Shown here: piece by piece, positions 56,985-64,000 of the stretch
Layout of the letters: every line of letters begins with the position of its first letter
Numbering within the stretch: position 1 is the first letter of the stretch
Assembly (NCBI GenBank): GCA_963809485.1
Contig: CAWEJX010000001.1
Span: forward strand, 502,091 to 566,090
Origin: an uncultured Acidobacteriota bacterium
GTDB lineage: Bacteria; Acidobacteriota; UBA6911
Direction of reading: 5' to 3'
Length of the DNA stretch: 64,000 nucleotides
The notes under the pieces: model-generated
The model's input: only the letters and a program-made list of their open reading frames with translations
Told to the model about the DNA's origin: nothing
Database searches by the model: none
Program-made: the position numbers and the translations under genes

Positions 56985-59900
56985 TTAAGGAGCCCCCCTC
57001 AAGAAATCCCTCAGCCGCATTGAACCCAAATCCCTATCCGTGTTGTAGAAGTAGACCGTTTGGCTTCCCGCTCCAACAACAATATTTATGGGAGCTGTCG
57101 CATTCCTCAAGTCTTGTCCTGATGGCGCCTGAATAAAAGAGCATGTTCCGTTAGTGCCGGATGGATGGACATGCCAATCTCCGGCTAGTGTCATGCCAAG
57201 GTTTATCAGGCCAGGATCCACTGGGAGAGTACGGTCTATTGTAGCTCCGCCGGTGCATACTCCAGGATTAGCGAGACCAGGAAGAAAAGGTACGACAACT
57301 ACGGTATTTGAGGTTGTTGTGTACCACGATCCACCCTCCTCATGGAAGCCGCCCCTAAAATCACCTGCCATTGTCGAAGGCCTATTGCTGGCGTTTACTG
57401 AACTTGAAATGGCAGTCTTCACCGGAGGCGGTACCTGCGCCGCTAGGTCTTCCGCACGAACTGGGCCTACAAATCCTGGTGATCCAAGAGGTTGTTGATT
57501 ATAACCAAGAGAGCTCAGTGCGCCGCGGATGTAATCCAAACCGGGGTCGATTCTAAAGGCCTCAAAACCGGAATCGGATATGACATATGCTCCAGAATGC
57601 TGATCTGGAAATGTTATATTGGGCAGAATATCCATCAGAAACGGTGTTGCAGTTGCATTAACCGTGATTGTAGTGGTTTGCATCGGTCCGACAAAGTCCA
57701 ACGGGTATACGGGATCTCTCCCGTCCGGATCAACGAGTTTGATCGGATCATTTCTGACATAGATGTACTTGTTAAGCATTTGGGGATCATGGACGTTGCT
57801 GGTCACAGAATCCGGCGAAGGCCAGCGCGACATTATCGAGCTGTACGACCTTGCCAGATTATAGTGCAACCCGCTCTCCGGGTCGTCCTTGTGGCCCGCA
57901 AACTGGTCGTTACCTCCCGGACTGAACGGCTGGCCATACATCGACGTCAGCCCCGAACTGATCGTGTAGCTCGCCATATCAATCACCTGGTTCAGATGAC
58001 CGCGCCGCAGATACTCCGTCGTGGTCGCGCCACCGCCCGTAACCGTCCGCCGCGCCACCGCCTGGCTGCCGTTCAGTATATAGTCCGTCCGCGCATTGTT
58101 CGATCCCGAAGGCGTCGTCTCCGTCCGGTAGTCCGCCATCAACTCATTCCCGGCTCCATATATCGAGATTATGTTCCCCGACACCGTGCCCGACGGGACC
58201 TGATACGTGTAGGTCTTCTTCACCCGCCGCCCCAGGGCATCATACCGGTAGACTCCCCAATCCGTCCCCGTGACCGATGTCATCCTCCCCGCTCCGTCCC
58301 AGGCATAGCTCCTGGCTCCTTCCGCCAGCAGGTTGCCTGTCGCATCATATGCCGTCGTTACCGCATCCTGACCGTCCGTATAGCCGCTCAATCGGTTGTT
58401 CGAGGCATTCACATCATACGTAATCTGTGAGTCCTGCCCCGGATTGCCCGGATATTGCAGCTGATTCGTCAGCATGTTGCCGAACTGATCGTAGCTGAAG
58501 CTGTTCACCTGATCCGTCACATAATTATTGTTGGCATCCTTCACCGCATGCGTCGCCGACATCAGCCGCCCCACCTTATCGTAGGCATACGTGTATTGAG
58601 CCACCGCATTGACAATCTGCTCCCGAATGCTGCTGATCTGCGAGCTGCCGTTGTAATACAGATTCCAGTAGATCGTCTTCTGCGGGCTGCTCCGCACCAT
58701 GCTATACAGATTCAGCCTCCCCACAGCGTCATACGTGTATTCCTGACGGATATTGTCCCCGAACGAGATCTTCGAAATAGCTCCATCTTGCGACTCATAG
58801 CTAGTAGCTGGCGTGCGTGATGGTTCCCGTGTTGTTCTTGATCGTCTTCGTCCGGCACATCGCATCCCTGGTGTACCGGATGTCCAGCCCCGCAGGATAC
58901 GTGATCTGCCACAGGTTGCTCTCCGAGCAGGATCCTATGTGCGCATAACTGTACCCCACCGGATACTGAATCCCATCGATGCTCGCCACCTGCTGCGTCA
59001 CACGCCCGCCCGCCTCGTAGCTCCAGCTGTACCCGATCCCGTCCGATGTCCAGGCGCTCGTCATCCGCCCCTTGCCGTTGGTGATCGTCCCGATCAGCCC
59101 CGATGTCGCTTGATCATAATAATAACTCGCCGACGGCGTCCCGTCCGAAAAACTCGTTGATCGTCCGCCGGTTCAACGCATCATAGGTCGATACAGCCAC
59201 AACCCCACGCGCATCCGTCCGGCTCAAAACATTCCCGTTATCGTCATACGTGTAGGTCGTCGTGCCCTTCTCCGGGTGCGTTTCCGCAGTCAGACGGCCC
59301 AGACTGTCATAGGTGAACGTCCTGGTCTGGTCCGGCAGGTTGCCCTGCCCGACCTGAACTATTTGAGTCAGCTTCCCCAGGACATTATAGCCGTAGGTCG
59401 TCACTATGCTCAGGTTCCCGGCCGCATCCTGCTCGTTGACCTGCGAGATGTTTCCCAATTCGTCGTAGGTGTACTTTTTCTTCTTGTTCTCTGGATTTGT
59501 CACCGTAACCGTATTCCCTACATAGAGATACGATGTAGTACCTACCGATGGCACCGCCTCCGTCAATACCCGCCCCAGCGGATCGTACGTGTAGGTGGCG
59601 TTTGTGGGCGTTCCCCCGTCACGGTACGGAAACGAGACCGAGCTTGCCTGTTGCCAGGGATTGTTGTAGCCCATCGTGGTAAGAATATCATTCCTCCGCT
59701 TCAGGGTCGTCCTGCCTGGTCTCGATCACCTCGCTGGAGGAATCCACCGTCGTATATTGCGTCCCCGAGGACGACATCTCCGTGGTCTCGAAATCGTAGT
59801 CATCATAGGAATAATTCGTTAGCCCGATGGGTGTGTTTATCTGGGTCGTCCGGCCCAACTCGTCGTACCAGTAGTATACCGTGGCGCCGTTGGCATCGAT

Positions 59901-61260
59901 GGCGGTTGCCAGGTCCCCGTTGTAGTAATTAAACCCGCTCGAATACTGCTTCCAGGTCTGCTCGCTCTGCTGCCCCAGAGCGTTCGTCGTGTAGCGCGGC
60001 AGCGCGTAGTTCGTCGAACTCGTGAACGTCCGCGTCGTCGTATTGCTTTTCGCATCCGTCTCCGACACCACGTTCCCCGTCATGTCGTACCCGGATGTCG
60101 CCGTCAGAAAACGGCTCTCCCCGATCAGTTTACGCCGCACGCTCGTCGGATTGCCCCGCACCGTTATGTTCGGAGTGTCGTAAGCAGTGTCATGGTTATA
60201 GACCGGCCCCTGATACAGCGTCAACTGGTATTCATCGTACCCATACTCCGTCCGCGCCACTTCCGTGCCGCTTCCATCCTTGACCGATACCGCGGCCGGC
60301 AGGTTCGTCATGTTCGCTGCCGTATAGGCGGAGTTGCTTTCATGCCGGTAGGTCGTCGTCGCTCGTCTGAGCACCACCGTGTTGCCGTACTTGTACTGGA
60401 CCGTCTGGCTGATATTGCCCGTGCCGTCGTTGGCATAGACCAGCTCCGTTTTGAGGCTCTGTCCGTCGTCCAGCGTCGTCGTCCTCCGCGTCGGGCGGGG
60501 ATTCACGATATAACCGGCGCTTATGTCCTGCTCCCAATCGGTCGCTTGAGTCCGGTACACCGTCGTCTGGCTCAGATTCTTGCGCTGCATGCTGGAAATC
60601 AGCCCGTCGGACCACGAACGGGCCGGGTAGACCGAATAGTTGAAATTATAGTCCGTGATACCGCGAATATCCGTTACGGCCGTCTTGGACGGATTGGATC
60701 CGTTGCCGTTGAACGTATAAGCCAGCGATGTCGTGTAATATTGCGTGCCGTCCGTGTAATCTTTCCGGCTCGTCACCACCCGTTCCTCCACGCTGGTGTA
60801 GACCGGATCCGAATACGAGCGCGTGGCAAATGCAAAATCGGCCAATGTCTTCGTGATATTCTGCCCGTCCTTTTCCACCCGGTTCGTGATGCTCTGAATC
60901 TCTCCCAGATAGTAGTAAATGTAATTCTGAACAAAATTCCGGTCCGGCAGACTGAACGTGATCGAGTTCAACCTCCACTCGCCCGTCGGGACCTGTTTGG
61001 GTACCGAAAAAGCAGGTGTCAACGATCCGGCGGCGCTGGTGTTGAACGTAATCGTGCCTCGGAAGGTGCCGTAAGAGGTTATGGTCTCCAGGCAGCCGGT
61101 GGTGGCATTGTAGGAAAACGCCGCGGCTTTGCCCAGACTGTCGAATACCTCGTTGAGCTTGCCTGTCCCCGTTACATAAGTGGCCGTAATCCGGTTTCCG
61201 TTCGTGTCTTTCATCTCGGTCATGTAGCTGGTATTACCCACGGTATTGTCTGGATATCCT
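56985..61260 (-). pseudogene. Rhs/YD-repeat polymorphic toxin, 5'-truncated and split by three frameshifts; JAB-like C-terminal domain
   Basis: YD repeats in four consecutive ORFs. Core end ESGLHYNLARSY..YVRNDPIKLVDPDG at about 57720. C-terminus has HEEGG..WHVHP..PSGQD. Confidence 0.85.
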
Positions 61261-61792
61261 GCCGGTTGAGCCTGTCTATGGTCAGGCGGGATTGCGGGAA
61301 TACGGTCGCCGCCAATAGCAGGGCCGAAAGAATGCCGCATGCTATGCGCATGGTTGTCTCCATCGATTTAGGGCATCATAAATCCGACACTGAATGCTTA
61401 AGGACTGGTTCTTAATGATCTTTTGGGAAATGCCGAACTGCCGGTCTTTCGGTGATGCGGTGGTTTTAGGGTAGTTCAAAAAAATCAAGCGAAATCTTCC
61501 AGTGGGGCTCTCTGAAATCCGATGTTCCATTTCTTCAGAGATCGCGGGAAATTCATCTCGGAGATGGGTCGCTGCATTCCGGAAAGTGTAATTGAAGTAC
61601 GATAATCAGCTTAGGTATTCAATCGAAAGCTGTGTAACAGGCGAACTGCCGAGGGAAGGTTGCGATTGTATAGGATTTTGCTGCTGCAGCTGCCGGGTGC
61701 TGGGCATTGCCTGGCTGCCGCGTACCGTTATCCCAATTCCACTTTTTCTGCCTGCCCGAATGCGATACCATTTTGGTCCGGAAAGGGTAAGC

Positions 61793-62827
61793 ATGGGTGT
61801 ACCGATTTCACAGATGTATGCCGTAGCCTCCTATGTGCTGCGGCAAAAGGCGGCAGGGAAAAAACGCTACCCGCTCGTTCTCATGCTGGAGCCCCTTTTC
61901 CGCTGCAACCTCGCCTGCGCGGGATGCGGCAAGATTCAGTACCCCGCGGAGGTTCTCAGGCGGCACCTGACACCCGAACAATGCTTCAAGGCCGCCGAGG
62001 AATGCGGAGCGCCGATGGTCAGCCTCCCGGGCGGCGAGCCACTCCTTCATCCCCGGATCGCCGAAATTGTCGAGGGCTTGATCGCCCGAAGGAAATATGT
62101 CTACCTCTGCACCAACGCTTTGATACTCGAGGAAAAACTCCATCTATTCCGCCCGAGCAGATACTTCACCATCAACGTTCACCTGGACGGGCAGAGGCAG
62201 TTTCACGACCGCTCCGTGTGCCGCGAGGGCGTGTTCGATATAGCCGTTCGCGCCATCCAGGAGGCGGTAAAGCGCGGATTCCGGGTAACCACCAACACAA
62301 CCCTGAATAGGGAATCGGTTCCGCAAAGCGTTCGCGCTTTCTTTGACGAAATGATGGCTCTCGGGGTTGAAGGGATGACGCTTTCGCCGGGATATTGCTA
62401 CGAAAAAGCTCCGGAAAAGGAGTATTTTCTTTCCCGGTCCGAAACGGAAAAGCTTTTCGCCCGCATCCTGGGCAATCGCAAAAAGAGCTGGAAGTTCAAC
62501 CAAAGCCCACTGTTTCTTCAATACCTGATGGGACTGCGCCAATATGCCTGCACCCCGTGGGGTATGCCCGCATATAACCTCTTCGGCTGGCAAAAACCCT
62601 GCTACCTGCTGCAGGACGGATATTTCGACAGCTTCTCCGCCCTGATGGAGCAGACCGATTGGGGCCAATACGGCGTGCAGTCCGGAAATCCGCGCTGCGC
62701 AGACTGCATGGTCCACAGCGGCTACGAGGCCAGCGCCGTCAACGACACCTTTGGCTCACTGAAAGGCCTCTGGGATACGGCCCGCGCGATGATGATTCGA
62801 AATTCGAAATTCGAGATTCGAAATTAG
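61793..62827 (+). CDS. hpnH: Adenosyl-hopene transferase HpnH (hopanoid radical SAM)
   Basis: YPLVLMLEPLFRCNLACAGCGKI, CTPWG, GWQKPCYL and CADCMVHSGYE motifs. Confidence 0.95.
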   Translation: MGVPISQMYAVASYVLRQKAAGKKRYPLVLMLEPLFRCNLACAGCGKIQYPAEVLRRHLTPEQCFKAAEECGAPMVSLPGGEPLLHPRIAEIVEGLIARRKYVYLCTNALILEEKLHLFRPSRYFTINVHLDGQRQFHDRSVCREGVFDIAVRAIQEAVKRGFRVTTNTTLNRESVPQSVRAFFDEMMALGVEGMTLSPGYCYEKAPEKEYFLSRSETEKLFARILGNRKKSWKFNQSPLFLQYLMGLRQYACTPWGMPAYNLFGWQKPCYLLQDGYFDSFSALMEQTDWGQYGVQSGNPRCADCMVHSGYEASAVNDTFGSLKGLWDTARAMMIRNSKFEIRN

Positions 62828-62860
62828 CGCGACAGCCTTCAATTTCGAATCTCGAATCAT
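62795..62860. repeat. Inverted heptamer pair (ATTCGAA)n overlapping the hpnH stop
   Basis: ATTCGAA x2, ATTCGAG, ATTCGAA, ATT; partner AATTTCGAATCTCGAAT at 62841-62857. Confidence 0.85.
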
Positions 62861-62897
62861 TATGATATTTGCCTGAATCCATGGTTAAATGCCGTTC

Positions 62898-64000
62898 ATG
62901 AATACCAGCGAAAACTCTAGTGAGAGCCGGGCATACCGGGCAATCAAGGAAGTGTTCCAGGGTGGGCGACCGCTGATGTTTGTCTGCTCCGCCGAAGAAG
63001 GACGGATTCGCACGCTGCTGCAGGAAGTCTCAGGACGCCTTTTCCCGAACCGTCTGCCGCTGTGGAGCTGGTCGTTGACTGCCGGCCTGCAGTCGCCGGA
63101 CGGCGCGAGCGAGAAACTCAGGCCGCAGGCAGTTCTGGATTTCATTGCTTCCCGCAACGAACCTGGGATTTTCCAGCTCAAGGATTTTCATCAATTCATG
63201 GGCGACGATCCGGCGATCAGGCGTAGATTGCGCGACCTGTATGAGCTCTGCCTGGATTCCGGGAAATTTGTGGTCATTACGTCGCCGTTGCGCGCAATCC
63301 CCGAAGAGCTGAGCCGGCAGATCGCCCTGGTAGAGCTTGCCGCTCCGGACATCGAGGAACTCATCGCATTCCTGCGACAGGAAATGCAGAGATTCTCCAG
63401 TCAAAGCGTTAAGGTGGATACCGGCGATCCCGTGCTTTTTGCCATGGCCCGCGCATTGCAGGGGCTGACCCTCGACGAATCCCGCCACGCGCTGCGGCGG
63501 GCGGTCGCCGTTTGCGGGGGTCTGGACGGGAATTCCCTCCCTCACCTGCTTGACGAAAAAAAGCTGATCGTCAACCGCACGGGGCTGATTCAATACATTG
63601 CGGAATCCACCCAAATCGAGCATGTGGGAGGGCTTGAATATCTGAAAGTCTGGCTAACTGAGCGGCGAAAGCTCTTCGTGGAACGGGACAGTCTGAGCGC
63701 CGAAATCGTTCCCAAGGGCGTGCTGGTCATGGGCGTTTCAGGTTGCGGGAAAAGCCTCTCCGTCAAAGCGATCGCTTCCTGTTTCGGCCTTCCGCTCTAT
63801 CGCATCGAAATGAGCGAGGTGTTCTCCGGGCGCCACGGGAATCCGGATGCAGCATTCGTGGAGGCGTGCCGTACCGTCGAGTCGGTCGCGCCCGCGGTGG
63901 TCTGGTTTGACGAAATCGAGATGGGGCTTACGGGACAAACCGGCGAAGGCGGCGGCACAAGCCTGGGACGCATTTTCGCCTTTTTCCTGACCTGGATGCA
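62898..64000 (+). CDS. AAA ATPase, Ycf46-like (runs off the window)
   Basis: Not in the ORF track. Manual translation gives LKDFH, ALQGLT, VGGLEYLKVWL, PKGVLVMGVSGCGKS and WFDEIE. Confidence 0.88.
   Translation, partial: MNTSENSSESRAYRAIKEVFQGGRPLMFVCSAEEGRIRTLLQEVSGRLFPNRLPLWSWSLTAGLQSPDGASEKLRPQAVLDFIASRNEPGIFQLKDFHQFMGDDPAIRRRLRDLYELCLDSGKFVVITSPLRAIPEELSRQIALVELAAPDIEELIAFLRQEMQRFSSQSVKVDTGDPVLFAMARALQGLTLDESRHALRRAVAVCGGLDGNSLPHLLDEKKLIVNRTGLIQYIAESTQIEHVGGLEYLKVWLTERRKLFVERDSLSAEIVPKGVLVMGVSGCGKSLSVKAIASCFGLPLYRIEMSEVFSGRHGNPDAAFVEACRTVESVAPAVVWFDEIEMGLTGQTGEGGGTSLGRIFAFFLTWM

Noticed and set aside
61592-61792. Cys-rich N-terminal extension of HpnH in the ORF track
   Set aside because: HpnH homology starts at MGVPISQ (61793), and the upstream start lacks support.

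Overview
GC-rich bacterial chromosome window, probably from an Acidobacteriota-type organism (inferred from gene content, not proven). It is mostly housekeeping and stress genes: hisDCBHAF, dinB, feoB with a DtxR/FeoA regulator, copA, a ParB-like gene paired with a spore-photoproduct-lyase-like gene, ald, a cytochrome c peroxidase, a DUF72-imuB-dnaE2 mutagenesis operon, lysA-dapF, a DPSL-type ferritin, a sigma-32-like factor, rho and hpnH. A decayed accessory island at about 55.3-61.3 kb holds a RAYT transposase remnant, REP-like repeats and a frameshifted Rhs toxin with a JAB-like C-terminus next to an exported putative immunity protein. The most unusual signal is a family of inward-facing, mirror-ordered tandem heptamer repeats (TAGGGAT/TAGYGGT, TTACGAA/TGACGAA, GATTTAC, ATTCGAA) at seven or more sites. 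At one site the arms enclose a low-GC four-helix-bundle (23S-IVS/bAvd-like) gene. The other paired sites are empty stem-loops. Several arms supply the stop codon of a neighbouring gene or abut its start codon, often at DNA-damage genes. Other candidates are two IS200-ended non-autonomous elements with compensatory base changes, a possible selenocysteine-containing FmdB protein with a SECIS-like hairpin, and a possibly leaderless, operator-bearing promoter for the mutasome operon. All calls come from reading the sequence by eye; no searches were run.
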